In this document: positions 19,403-28,730 of the stretch, piece after piece
Layout: the number at the start of each line of letters is the position of its first letter
Position numbering within the stretch: position 1 is the stretch's first letter
Source: an uncultured Planctomycetia bacterium
GTDB lineage: Bacteria > Omnitrophota > Gorgyraeia > Duberdicusellales > 4484-171
Length of the DNA: 32,000 nucleotides
Reading direction: 5' to 3'
Assembly: GCA_964536865.1 (NCBI GenBank)
Contig: CAZHYN010000017.1
Span: 534-32,533 of the forward strand
Made by a program: the position numbers and the translations under genes
Notes under the pieces: generated by a model
What the model was told of the DNA's origin: nothing
Seen by the model: the letters and a program-made list of their open reading frames with translations, nothing else
Database searches by the model: none

Positions 19403-19804
19403 TTATACTCTTCCTTCCTTCTCTAACTTCTCTTGGCATTTTTTGCAGTAGCGAGTATAAGGAATTGCATTTAATCTCTTCTTGGCAATAGGTTTGTTGC
19501 AATATAAACATATTCCAAATTTGTTCTCTTCTATTCTCTTTAAAGCCTCATCTATTTCCATAAGAAGTTTCCTTTCATTGGAAACTAAACCTAAATTAAA
19601 TTCTCTCTCATAATTATCACTGGCTACATCAGCCATGTGGATGCTATATCCGGAGATATCTCCCGAAATATCCTTTTGAGACTTCATCAGAGTATCTTGG
19701 GATAAATCCCTCATTTGAGAAAATATCTCATCGCGTAAACTAAAAAGTTTTTCCTGATAAGCTTTCAATTCTTTTTTTGTAAACTTTTGTTTTCTTGCTT
19801 TCAT
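19403..19804 (-). CDS. DksA/TraR-family C4 zinc-finger protein
   Basis: It has the C-terminal CLYCNKPIAKKRLNAIPYTRYCKKC (CxxC-N17-CxxC) and an N-terminal coiled-coil-like region. I prefer the ATG at 19804 (MKARKQ...), because GGAGG lies 7 nt upstream and it forms an ATGA overlap with the ileS stop. Confidence 0.8.
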   Translation of the reverse strand: MKARKQKFTKKELKAYQEKLFSLRDEIFSQMRDLSQDTLMKSQKDISGDISGYSIHMADVASDNYEREFNLGLVSNERKLLMEIDEALKRIEENKFGICLYCNKPIAKKRLNAIPYTRYCKKCQEKLEKEGRV

Positions 19805-22560
19805 ATTCTTTCCTCCTTTAAGACATTTAAACATTTACCACAAATGTAAGGGTATTTCTTGTCTATGCCAACATCCTCTCTGTAATTCCAACAACGAAGA
19901 CACTTTTTACCTTTAGCTCTTTTAATTTCTATTTTCTCCTTACCTTCTGTTATCTCTACTTTAGAAACGATAAAAACTTCTCTTAGAGTATCATCTAAGT
20001 CTTTGTAAAAGAGATACTTCTCATTGGGAAAGGTAAGTCTTACTTCTGCTTCTAGAGAACTGCCTATAATCTGAGATTCTCTCTTTTTCTCTATTTCCTT
20101 AAGGACTACATCTCTCAAAGATAAGATTTTCTCCCACTTCTTCTCTAGCTCTTTATCTCGATAATGAGAAGAAACATCTTCTTTAAAATTATGAAGGTAG
20201 ATAGAAACTTGCCTGTCTTCCTGATTTAAAAATACCTTGTGTGCTTCCTCAGCAGTAAAGCTTAAAATAGGAGCAATCATCTTTATAAGGACTCTTAAAA
20301 TGTAGTAGAGAACATTCTGCGCAGACTTCCTTTCCCTTGAATTCGGTGAATAAGTATATAGTCTGTCTTTTAAAATGTCAAGGTAAAAAGAACTAAGGTT
20401 AGTATTACAAAAGTTATAAACCTTTTGGCACACTTTATAAAAAGTGCAATTTTCATAATAAGCTAAAACTTCTTCGAATACTGAAGAGGTGAAAGAAAGC
20501 ATAAATCTATCCACATCTTTTAGTTGCGAGGGAGATAATTTATCTCGGAAAGGATCAAAATCATAGAGGTTACCTAAAAGAAATCTTATAGTATTTCTTA
20601 CCTTCCGGTAGAACTCTATAAGCTGATTTAAAATTTCAGGAGAAATCCTTACATCTTCGGAATAATCGCTAGAGGCTACCCATAACCTTAAAATTTCTGC
20701 TCCATAGTGAGTAATTATCTCTTGGGGGGAGATAACATTCCCTAATGACTTAGACATCTTCCTCCCTTCCCCATCTACCACAAAACCGTGAGTAAGAACA
20801 GATTTAAAAGGAGCACACTCTACAGTTGCTTGAGAAGGAATAAGAGAAGCTTGAAACCATCCCCGATGTTGATCACTTCCCTCCAAATACATCTCTGCAG
20901 GAAAAGAGAGATCGGGATTTGTCTTAAGTACTGCTAAGAAACTGGCTCCTGACTCAAACCAAACATCTAGGATATCCTCTTCTTTAACAAACTCTTTTGA
21001 TTTGCATTTTGGACAAATAAAATTAGGGGGAAGAAAATTTTCAATCTCTATAGTGAACCAACTGTCAGAACCTTCATCTCTAAACACTTGACTGGCTATC
21101 TCAATTACTTTTTCATCTAAAACTACTTCTCCACAGTTTTGACACTTTACCGCTGGGATAGGAACTCCCCAAAGCCTTTGGCGAGAAAGGCACCAATCTG
21201 GACGAGTCTCAACCATTGCTTTCATCCTCTCTAAACCTGAGGGAGGAATCCATCTTACCTTCTCTACTTCTTTAAGAACTCTTTGCCGAAGATTGGAATG
21301 GTCAATCTTTAAAAACCATTGGGAGGTAGCTCTAAAGATTATAGGATTTTTGCATCGCCAACAGTGAGGATAAGAGTGAGTAATCTTCTGATGAAGTAAA
21401 AGGTATTTTCTCTCTTTAAGTTTCTCTATCACCTTTAAACTTGCTTCTTCAATGCTTTTTCCTGCAAATTCTCCTGCCTCTTTGGTAAATATTCCCTTTT
21501 CATTTACAGGCATTATTACTTGAAGGTTGTATCTTGGTACCAAAGAAAAATCCTCCTCACCATGCCCTGGAGCAATATGCACACAGCCACTTCCTTCTTC
21601 TCTGGAAACAAAATCTCCTAATACCACTAAAGATTCTCTATCAAAGAAAGGGTGCTCTAATTTTATATATTCCAGTTCCTTACCTTCAAATTCCTTTAAG
21701 ATTTTTAAAGAAACTTTCAATTTATTCTCCAAGGAGGAGATAAGATCCTTAGCTAAAACAACAAATTTATCCTCTAACTTAGCTAAAACGTAAGAAAAAT
21801 TAGGGTGTACTGCCACAGCTACATTAGAAATCAAAGTCCAAGGAGTAGTAGTCCATACTAAAAAGTAGAGTTCCTTATAAGAAGAAAACAAAGGAATAAA
21901 TTGTTTAACCTTGAAAAGAAGATATATAGAATGGGACTCCTTCTCTTGATATTCAACCTCTGCCTCTGCTAAAGCTGTTTCACACTTATAGCACCAGTTT
22001 ACTGGTTTTAGCTTCCTATGGAGATAACCCATCTTTACCAGATCCCCTAAAAGCTTTATTACCCAGTATTCATATTCTTTATCTAAAGTAAGGTAGGGGT
22101 GGGACCAATCGCTAAAACAACCCAGCCTTATAAAATCTTTCTTTTGTAGTTCTACAAATTTTAAGGCAAACTGAGCAGCTTTCTTACGAAAGTCTATAAT
22201 ATCCACATCATGTTTAGTTAATTTTAATTCCTTAAGTAACTGATGTTCTACAGGCAAACCGTGGCAATCCCATCCACAAATAAAAGGGCAATCATAACCT
22301 TGCATAAATTTAAATTTTATTACTATATCTTTCAATACTTTGTTTAAAACATGTCCAATGTGAATTAACCCATTGGCATAAGGAGGACCGTCATGAAGGA
22401 CAAACTTAGGGTTCCCTTTATTTCTCTGGCGAAGTTTTTTATAGATATCGATCTCCTCCCAAAACCGAAGAATACGAGGTTCTAAAGAAGTAAGATTAGC
22501 CTTCATAGAGAAACTAGTCTTAGGAAGATTGAGATTCTCCTTATAATCTCTATCTTTCAT
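19801..22560 (-). CDS. ileS: Isoleucine--tRNA ligase
   Basis: 919 aa. It has the HIGH region PPYANGLIHIGHVLN, KMSKS, and C-terminal Zn-binding CLRCW...CGKC. Confidence 0.97.
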   Translation of the reverse strand: MKDRDYKENLNLPKTSFSMKANLTSLEPRILRFWEEIDIYKKLRQRNKGNPKFVLHDGPPYANGLIHIGHVLNKVLKDIVIKFKFMQGYDCPFICGWDCHGLPVEHQLLKELKLTKHDVDIIDFRKKAAQFALKFVELQKKDFIRLGCFSDWSHPYLTLDKEYEYWVIKLLGDLVKMGYLHRKLKPVNWCYKCETALAEAEVEYQEKESHSIYLLFKVKQFIPLFSSYKELYFLVWTTTPWTLISNVAVAVHPNFSYVLAKLEDKFVVLAKDLISSLENKLKVSLKILKEFEGKELEYIKLEHPFFDRESLVVLGDFVSREEGSGCVHIAPGHGEEDFSLVPRYNLQVIMPVNEKGIFTKEAGEFAGKSIEEASLKVIEKLKERKYLLLHQKITHSYPHCWRCKNPIIFRATSQWFLKIDHSNLRQRVLKEVEKVRWIPPSGLERMKAMVETRPDWCLSRQRLWGVPIPAVKCQNCGEVVLDEKVIEIASQVFRDEGSDSWFTIEIENFLPPNFICPKCKSKEFVKEEDILDVWFESGASFLAVLKTNPDLSFPAEMYLEGSDQHRGWFQASLIPSQATVECAPFKSVLTHGFVVDGEGRKMSKSLGNVISPQEIITHYGAEILRLWVASSDYSEDVRISPEILNQLIEFYRKVRNTIRFLLGNLYDFDPFRDKLSPSQLKDVDRFMLSFTSSVFEEVLAYYENCTFYKVCQKVYNFCNTNLSSFYLDILKDRLYTYSPNSRERKSAQNVLYYILRVLIKMIAPILSFTAEEAHKVFLNQEDRQVSIYLHNFKEDVSSHYRDKELEKKWEKILSLRDVVLKEIEKKRESQIIGSSLEAEVRLTFPNEKYLFYKDLDDTLREVFIVSKVEITEGKEKIEIKRAKGKKCLRCWNYREDVGIDKKYPYICGKCLNVLKEERI

Positions 22561-22569
22561 GTTATTGGA

Positions 22570-23427
22570 TTATATATACTTACCTATTATTGGCTTGAGA
22601 GCCAATTTCTTTTTAGGAGGTATAGCTTCTTTAGGAGTAACGATTGCATCTTTTAAAGCTTGCTTACAGTTACACTCTCTTTCCTTCTCTATTAAAGGAA
22701 CAACTTCTTTCAAAATTTTCTTAGCATTCTCTACATTCTTAAAAAGGTTATCTATAACCATCTGAGCAGTAACACTATTGTGAGAAGGATGCCAGCAGTC
22801 ATAGTCAGTAACTGCTGCTAAAGTTGCATAGCAGATTTCTGCTTCCCGTGCTAACCTTGCCTCAGCCATGTTGGTCATCCCAATAATATCCATCCCCCAA
22901 CTACGGTAAAGATTCGATTCTGCTAAAGTAGAAAACTGAGGTCCTTCCATGTTAAGATAGACACCTCCATAATGAAGTTTAACCCCGACCTTCTTGGCGC
23001 CTTCTTTTAGTTTCTTTGCTAAAGATTCACATACAGGATGAGCAAAACTTATATGAACAACTACCCCTTCGTCAAAAAAAGTATACTTGCGTGCTTGGTT
23101 GGTTCTGTCTACAAATTGAAGGGGAACAACAAAATCCAAAGGCTGAATATGTTCCTTTAGAGATCCACAAGCACTCACAGAAATTATCCAGCCTACTCCT
23201 AGTTTCTTCATTCCATAAATATTAGCACGGTAATTTATAGAGGAAGGAGAAATTTTGTGGCCTTTTCCATGACGGGGCAGAAAAACCACCTCTCTTCCTT
23301 GAAATTCTGCCAGAATAAACTTATCTGACGGTTTACCAAAAGGAGTAACTAAACTGATTTCTCTTTTTCTCTTTAGTCCCTCTAATTTATACAATCCACT
23401 TCCTCCAATTATTCCAACTCTTTCCAT
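22570..23427 (-). CDS. mtnP: S-methyl-5'-thioadenosine phosphorylase
   Basis: 285 aa. MTAP-type sequence includes GIIGGSGLY, FLPRHG.GH, INYRANI, MEGPQFST and GMT...EA.LARE. Confidence 0.9.
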   Translation of the reverse strand: MERVGIIGGSGLYKLEGLKRKREISLVTPFGKPSDKFILAEFQGREVVFLPRHGKGHKISPSSINYRANIYGMKKLGVGWIISVSACGSLKEHIQPLDFVVPLQFVDRTNQARKYTFFDEGVVVHISFAHPVCESLAKKLKEGAKKVGVKLHYGGVYLNMEGPQFSTLAESNLYRSWGMDIIGMTNMAEARLAREAEICYATLAAVTDYDCWHPSHNSVTAQMVIDNLFKNVENAKKILKEVVPLIEKERECNCKQALKDAIVTPKEAIPPKKKLALKPIIGKYI

Positions 23428-24258
23428 TTAACTCTCCTTAATCACCTTTATTGCTTTGAAGATAAACCATGTATAGATTAGAGAATAAAAAAACCAGAAT
23501 AAAGGAATCTTTACTCCTATTAAATCATTCGCTAGTCCTAAGAAAGTAGGAGGCACGATAGCATACACTCCTACATTTAAGAGTTCCCTATAGTTAAGAG
23601 GTGCCTTTAAATTATTGTTTATTAAGGAAGAAATCAAACTAAAAATCAAAATATGTAAAGGCTTACTCATTCCGTACCAAGACAAAAAATAGAAAAACAC
23701 CAGAGGATAAAGGAATGGCGATATTTTTTTTGAGAAATTTCTAACCGATTCCGAAGTTATAAAAAATGACCTATTTTGAGTAATAACTTCTATCCCTTTA
23801 AGAGTAGGCGATACTTTTAAGTAGTTAACATTGGTTAGATTATATGACTTAATATCCGCCCCCCCAGGTTTGCTAATCTTTAAGAAGAACCGTTTCTTAG
23901 CAAGAACTCCTGCATTAGGATACTGGTGTAAGAAAAAACCCGTCTTTTCTTTGGTAGGTTCTATAACAAAGACAAAATTGTTATCCCATTTTTTAATATA
24001 GGTAGTTCTGGGAGAGACAACTTCTCCTTTTTTAATCTCTATCTCAGGAAGATCGGAAGCAAGATCCTTTAGATTCTTCTCTATCCAGGAAATCGCAACA
24101 GGTAGTCTCTTTTTTATTATTATCGTAGCCTTGAAGGAAATTATCGCACTTATGATAACTATAAATAGAATCAGAAAAAAAATACTTTTTCTTAAGGACT
24201 GATAGGCTATCTTCTTATAGAATTGTGGAGAAAAACTTTCTATCAGTTCTTTTAGCAT
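23428..24258 (-). CDS. Multi-pass membrane protein of unknown function (possibly DUF1189-like; from memory, unverified)
   Basis: 276 aa. It has one N-terminal TM segment, a soluble middle part of about 130 aa, and three or four C-terminal TM segments. It abuts both neighbours with gaps of 0 and 1 nt. Confidence 0.65.
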   Translation of the reverse strand: MLKELIESFSPQFYKKIAYQSLRKSIFFLILFIVIISAIISFKATIIIKKRLPVAISWIEKNLKDLASDLPEIEIKKGEVVSPRTTYIKKWDNNFVFVIEPTKEKTGFFLHQYPNAGVLAKKRFFLKISKPGGADIKSYNLTNVNYLKVSPTLKGIEVITQNRSFFITSESVRNFSKKISPFLYPLVFFYFLSWYGMSKPLHILIFSLISSLINNNLKAPLNYRELLNVGVYAIVPPTFLGLANDLIGVKIPLFWFFYSLIYTWFIFKAIKVIKES

Positions 24259-24259
24259 T

Positions 24260-25057
24260 TCAACTCTTAAGACTTAACTGCTTTGCTCTTAGGTAAGCCT
24301 TCCTTACTCCTTTCTGAATTAATTTTTCAAGATTACAACTTTTCCAGAAATTTATTGCTGCTTCAGTAGTTCCTTTAGGAGAAGCAACCTTCTTTATCCA
24401 GAACGAAAAATCCTCTTTGCTATCTTTAATAATACTAACCGCTCCCCAAAATGTCTTTATTACCATCTCCTTAGCCACGCTTTTACTGAATCCCAAAGAC
24501 AAGGCAACTCTATATATACTATTCATAAAATAGTAAACGTAACCAGGACCGCTACCAGAAATAGCGGTGACTTTATCCAAAAACTCCTCTCTAGTTACAA
24601 CTACATCTCCTATACATTTAAAAATCTCTTCTACTATCTTTACATCTTGTGGAATAACGTATCTTCCCTTGGAGATAAAAGAAATAGATTCTCTTTTTTT
24701 AGCAGCTAAATTAGGCATAACTCTAACGATTCTCACTTTGGGAATCTTATCTTCAAAAAACCGTGTAGAAACCCCTGCTGCTATAGAAATCAGGAGGGGA
24801 TTATAAGTTAAGATAGCTTCTCTTATCTCATCTACAAGAAAGGATATATTTTGAGGTTTAACAGCAATGATAACCAAGGGAGAATTTTTAATTAACTCTC
24901 TTGCGTTGGAAGATAGAAGAATTTTCTTTATCCCCTTTAATCTCTTTTTTTCTTTATCATAAATGAGCACTTTCCATCCTTTGTTCTTTAGACCTTCCCC
25001 TAAAGCAGTTCCCATATTCCCAAATCCAATTATACCTACAATCTTTTCTTTCTTCAT
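24260..25057 (-). CDS. proC: Pyrroline-5-carboxylate reductase
   Basis: 265 aa. It has an N-terminal Rossmann IGFGNMG, a central MPN.AA, and a C-terminal SPKGTTEAA. Confidence 0.9.
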   Translation of the reverse strand: MKKEKIVGIIGFGNMGTALGEGLKNKGWKVLIYDKEKKRLKGIKKILLSSNARELIKNSPLVIIAVKPQNISFLVDEIREAILTYNPLLISIAAGVSTRFFEDKIPKVRIVRVMPNLAAKKRESISFISKGRYVIPQDVKIVEEIFKCIGDVVVTREEFLDKVTAISGSGPGYVYYFMNSIYRVALSLGFSKSVAKEMVIKTFWGAVSIIKDSKEDFSFWIKKVASPKGTTEAAINFWKSCNLEKLIQKGVRKAYLRAKQLSLKS

Positions 25058-25068
25058 AAAGTCCGTTT

Positions 25069-25097
25069 AAAATAACACAAAAATACCCTTCTGTCAA
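25069..25097 (-). promoter_or_regulatory. Sigma70-type promoter placed directly against the proC ATG
   Basis: The minus strand reads TTGACA (25097..25092), a 17-nt spacer, TATTTT (25074..25069), then 11 nt (AAACGGACTTT) before the ATG. No SD is visible. Confidence 0.5.
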
Positions 25098-25111
25098 TAT
25101 AGCTAATTTTA

Positions 25112-25158
25112 GAAAATAACAAAAAGATTGTTCCTCAATAAGCTTCTCTAAGGAACAA
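25112..25158 (-). terminator. Rho-independent terminator downstream of pncB-pncA
   Basis: The minus strand reads TTGTTCCT-(15-nt loop)-AGGAACAA followed by TCTTTTTGTTATTTTC. It lies about 120 nt after the stop at 25282. Confidence 0.55.
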
Positions 25159-25281
25159 TGGAGCAGAAACCTCTTAAACCAATCCTAGATAAAACTTTCA
25201 CAATAAAAAATGAAGAGATATACACTAATAGTTAGTTTTGATTTTTAAGAGCTTAGAAAGCAAAATATTGGAAAGGGTCTT

Positions 25282-27249
25282 TCACCTCACAGACCTTAAA
25301 TCAGTGATTAACCTTTTTGTTGTAATAAATTCTACTCCTCTTTTCTTCCATAAAGAAAATAATTTATCTCTTTCTTTTTTAGAGATTTCTTTTACTCCAT
25401 CCTCTACTATAATTACTTTAAAATCATTCTTCAACAGCCCTTCCACTGCTTCCTTCACACAGTATTCAGTCACTACTCCATATACTACTACTTTCTCAGG
25501 AAATATAGCCTCTATAAGGTTTAATGTGTTAGGGTTAGAAAATAGATTAAGAATGTTCTTTTCCAGAATGATTTGAGGATAACAGTCCTTTATTTTTCTT
25601 AACTCCTGATAAGAGTATATCTTCTTAACGGAAAGAGTCTTATACTTCTTTAGAATAGTTTCTTTAATTTTTCTATGTCCTTTGGTATTTTTTATGCAAT
25701 GTGGGGGGAACTCTTTAAATTCAGGATCGTCTTTTCGATGAGTATCTTGGGAAGAGATAATAAGAATCTTATTTTGAAAAGCAAACTTAGTGAGCAGATT
25801 TAAATTATTTATTATTTTTTCCCCTCCTGGAACATAAAGAGCACCTTTTCTCTCCAAGAAATCTACTTGAGTATCGATATCTAAAAAAACTATCTTTCCC
25901 TCAATCCTCTTTCTTATCTGTTCCGTTAAACTAGTAGTTAACTTATGTAATTTCTTTGTAATCTTTACTGGATAGATATCAGAAGAATCGATGTCCTTCA
26001 GATAACTAGGAAAAGAAGAAAGCTTTTGAAGAAAAATTTTTTTCTTTTCTTCAAGATTTCTTTCCTGATAGAGTCTCTTTCCTTTCTCCATCACTTTTCT
26101 AAGAAGCTTATTACCCTTAAGATTCTCTTTATCTAATCCTAACCAGTCACTAACCATTTTCCCTTCTTTATCGAATTCTCTAAACACCTGCTTTCGTCCA
26201 GGATAAGTAGTTTTACCCTCGCTGAGTTTCATAGTAGGAATGAAATCTGCTCCTCTTTCTTTTATCTCTACCAATTTGTAGATAACATCAGTAAAAGGTA
26301 AATCAGAAGAACACCCCATATTTGTCCCTACTCCAAAAGCATCAATAGGAGATTTTTCTTCTACTAACTTCTTTATTTTATATTCATCAAGATTCCCTGA
26401 AGCAAATATTATTACATCAATGAAACCTTCTTTATCTAACAGTTCTCTGAGATAACGGGCATCTTTTCCTAAGTCACCACTATCCAGACGTATTCCTACT
26501 AAATCTATCCCTCTCCTTTTTAAAAACTTAGCTACCCTTATTGCGGAAAGAGCTCCTCTCTTTACATCGTAAGTATCTATAAGGAGGACTGTTTTTGCAG
26601 GGAATTCTTTAGCGAAATTTAAAAAACTCTCTACCTCCCGGTCAAAACTCATCACATAAGAATGAGCCATGGTCCCTACTACAGGAATCTTGTAAATTTT
26701 ACCAGCTAAACAAAAAGATGTACCTTTAACCCCTACCATATAAGAATATTTAGCACAAGCTAAAGCACCTTCTATTCCCTGGGTACGCCGCAAAGAAAAA
26801 TCGTAAACTCCTTTACCCTTAGCTGACAAAACTACTCTTGCTGCTTTGGTTGCTAGAGTTGTAGCTAGATTTATCTTATTGAGAAGAATACTCTCTACTA
26901 TTTGAGCTTCGATTATATTAGCTGTAACCCGTAAAATAGGCTCAGAGGCAAAAATTATCTCTGGTTCAGAAACAGCCCATACCGTCCCTTTAAACCGAAA
27001 GCCTTCTAAATATTTAAGAAAGGCATCATCAAACATTCCTAAACTTTTAAGGTAATCTATATCTGCCTGGGTAAACTTAAGATTTTCCAAAGCTTGAAGT
27101 GCTTCATCTATACCACAGGCTACATAAAACGTTCTTCGGGGAGAACGGATAAAAAGATCAAAAGTGGCTTGAGTATTCCTCTTATACTTAAAATACACTT
27201 GTCCCATAGTAAGTTGATAGAGATCCACTACTAAATTGTAATTATTCAC
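25282..27249 (-). CDS. pncB-pncA: Bifunctional fusion: nicotinate phosphoribosyltransferase (N-terminal about 445 aa) plus nicotinamidase/isochorismatase-fold PncA (C-terminal about 205 aa)
   Basis: The N-terminus reads VDLYQLTMGQVYF, with GTMAHSYV and GIRLDSGD. The C-terminus reads IVFLDIDTQVDF (Asp), SQDTH...PPHC (metal site), ILEKN (Lys) and GVVTEYCV (Cys). I prefer the GTG at 27249, 6 nt after GGGAGG, over the track TTG at 27252. Confidence 0.85.
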   Translation of the reverse strand: MNNYNLVVDLYQLTMGQVYFKYKRNTQATFDLFIRSPRRTFYVACGIDEALQALENLKFTQADIDYLKSLGMFDDAFLKYLEGFRFKGTVWAVSEPEIIFASEPILRVTANIIEAQIVESILLNKINLATTLATKAARVVLSAKGKGVYDFSLRRTQGIEGALACAKYSYMVGVKGTSFCLAGKIYKIPVVGTMAHSYVMSFDREVESFLNFAKEFPAKTVLLIDTYDVKRGALSAIRVAKFLKRRGIDLVGIRLDSGDLGKDARYLRELLDKEGFIDVIIFASGNLDEYKIKKLVEEKSPIDAFGVGTNMGCSSDLPFTDVIYKLVEIKERGADFIPTMKLSEGKTTYPGRKQVFREFDKEGKMVSDWLGLDKENLKGNKLLRKVMEKGKRLYQERNLEEKKKIFLQKLSSFPSYLKDIDSSDIYPVKITKKLHKLTTSLTEQIRKRIEGKIVFLDIDTQVDFLERKGALYVPGGEKIINNLNLLTKFAFQNKILIISSQDTHRKDDPEFKEFPPHCIKNTKGHRKIKETILKKYKTLSVKKIYSYQELRKIKDCYPQIILEKNILNLFSNPNTLNLIEAIFPEKVVVYGVVTEYCVKEAVEGLLKNDFKVIIVEDGVKEISKKERDKLFSLWKKRGVEFITTKRLITDLRSVR

Positions 27250-27310
27250 CAAACACCTCCCTTAGAAGATTACTACTAAATGTATAAGTTCTGTAAACCT
27301 CTTCCTTCCG

Positions 27311-27922
27311 CTAAAATACACTTAAGCATTTTTTAATTATTATAAGCCAATCTTCTATTTTTGGCAATTTAGAAATCAAAGAGCCAAAGGTACCCAATAT
27401 TAAAGGAATAACTCCGTAACCTAGGGAAAAGAAAAAAAGATTTACTACTCCATAGAGGACATTCCTCTTCAAAGAAATTATCTCTAAGATGCTCCCTACT
27501 ACAGGAAAAATGCAAGAGGTGACAGCAATCCCACTTACTATTCCTGCTAGAAATACAGAAAAAAGGGAACCACCCTTTTTAAGATTCAATTTAAAATTAA
27601 AAGTAGGAAGCATTATCAAATCCCAAGAGTAAAGAAAAGAAGAAATATCCCTAAAATTGTGTATGATAATGGATTAACTATCAATTTGCCTAAAAAACTC
27701 CTAAGCTCGCTGAAACTACTCCCAAGCAAGTATAGAAGGTAGCAATCCCTAAAACGAAGATAAAACTTATAAAGAAACCCTTAGATTTAGAAAATAGAGC
27801 ATAGACACCAATAATACCTAGAGTGATAGGAATAAGGAGATAAACACAGGGAGAAAGACTATTTAACGCCCCACCAAAAAAAGAGATAACTACTCCTAAG
27901 TAAAAGTGGTAAGAAAAAGCAC
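27311..27922 (-). pseudogene. ccdA: Cytochrome c-type biogenesis / thiol-disulfide transporter CcdA (DsbD family), split into three frames plus a detached start as assembled
   Basis: Hand translation gives YHFYLGVVISFFGGALNSLSPCVYLLIPITLG...GVVSASLGVF*, then GKLIVNPLSYTILGIFLLFFTLGI*, then the tracked ORF 27311..27619 (...GIVSGIAVTSCIFPVVG...). Both conserved Cys-Pro motifs are present. Adding one base at each of 27914..27918, 27692..27697 and 27618..27620 gives one ORF from GTG 27922. Confidence 0.7.
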
Positions 27923-27943
27923 TCTAATTTCTGAATTAGCCCT

Positions 27944-28254
27944 TCAACCACCTGTCTCCTTAATAAGCCAGTTCAAATACTTTCTGTCTATCCTATCGAT
28001 ATGAAAGGCAACTATCTCAGGAACTCGATAGGGATGATTTTCGGCAATCACCTTCTTTAACTTACTAAACAGACCTCTCTTGTTTTTATTATCAGAAGTG
28101 TCTCCTTAGCCTTATCAATATCTTCCTTCCACCAGAAGTAGGAATCCACTCCCTTTATTATATTGATACATGCTCCTAATCGCTTAGTAAGGATTAATTT
28201 AGCTAAAGAGGTAGCTTTACTTTGAGGGACAGTAACTAAAACAAAAATGGCCAT
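27944..28254 (-). pseudogene. cutA: Divalent-cation tolerance protein CutA, one frameshift as assembled
   Basis: The tracked ORF is MAIFVLVTVPQSKATSLAKLILTKRLGACINIIKGVDSYFWWKEDIDKAKETLLIIKT.... The conserved C-terminus KRGLFSKLKKVIAENHPYRVPEIVAFHIDRIDRKYLNWLIKETGG* lies in another frame. Adding one base to the run at 28083..28087 joins them. Confidence 0.8.
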
Positions 28255-28256
28255 TA

Positions 28257-28730
28257 TTAACCCCTTACCTTCCTAAGGAGCCTAACGAATCTTTTGGCAA
28301 AACGTAAACAATTACTCCTACATCGGGAATCAACATCTCCTATCCCTACTGGTCCATAATGATCACCTTTAGAATCTCCCTGGATAATCATCCCATGAAT
28401 AAGCATAGCTTCTAAGATAGCTAACACGGTAGTTTCATTGCCCCCACCAATATTAGCACTGGAAGAAAAAGCACCTCCTACTTTCCCATCAAGCCTACCG
28501 TGAAACTCTACTGTCTCATCAAAGAGTTTCTTTACTTCGAAGCTCATACTTCCATAGTAGGTAGGAGAACCAACAATTATTCCATCATAATCTAAAAGTT
28601 CTTTAGGAGATAACTCTCCTAAAGAAGCTAATTTAACTGGGACTCCTTCCTCAGAGATTGCCTGGGAAATAACTTCTGCCATCTTTTTTGTTGTGCCTCC
28701 TCGAGAATAGTAGATAACCAATACCTTCAT
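28257..28730 (-). CDS. Flavodoxin-fold FMN protein (WrbA / NAD(P)H:quinone oxidoreductase-like)
   Basis: 157 aa. It has MKVLVIYYSRGGTTKKMAE (FMN phosphate loop), GIIVGSPTYYGS and GGAFSSS. It overlaps the upstream gene by 4 nt, and the cutA start follows after 2 nt. Confidence 0.85.
   Translation of the reverse strand: MKVLVIYYSRGGTTKKMAEVISQAISEEGVPVKLASLGELSPKELLDYDGIIVGSPTYYGSMSFEVKKLFDETVEFHGRLDGKVGGAFSSSANIGGGNETTVLAILEAMLIHGMIIQGDSKGDHYGPVGIGDVDSRCRSNCLRFAKRFVRLLRKVRG

Noticed and set aside
27311-28254. Stop-codon reassignment (for example UGA or UAG read as sense) as an explanation for the interrupted cutA/ccdA and other genes.
   Set aside because: The downstream conserved sequence lies in a different frame, not the same frame, so read-through would not help. 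TGA, TAA and TAG all terminate full-length conserved genes in this window at the expected positions (for example ileS, pncB-pncA and the HD-GYP gene end in TGA).
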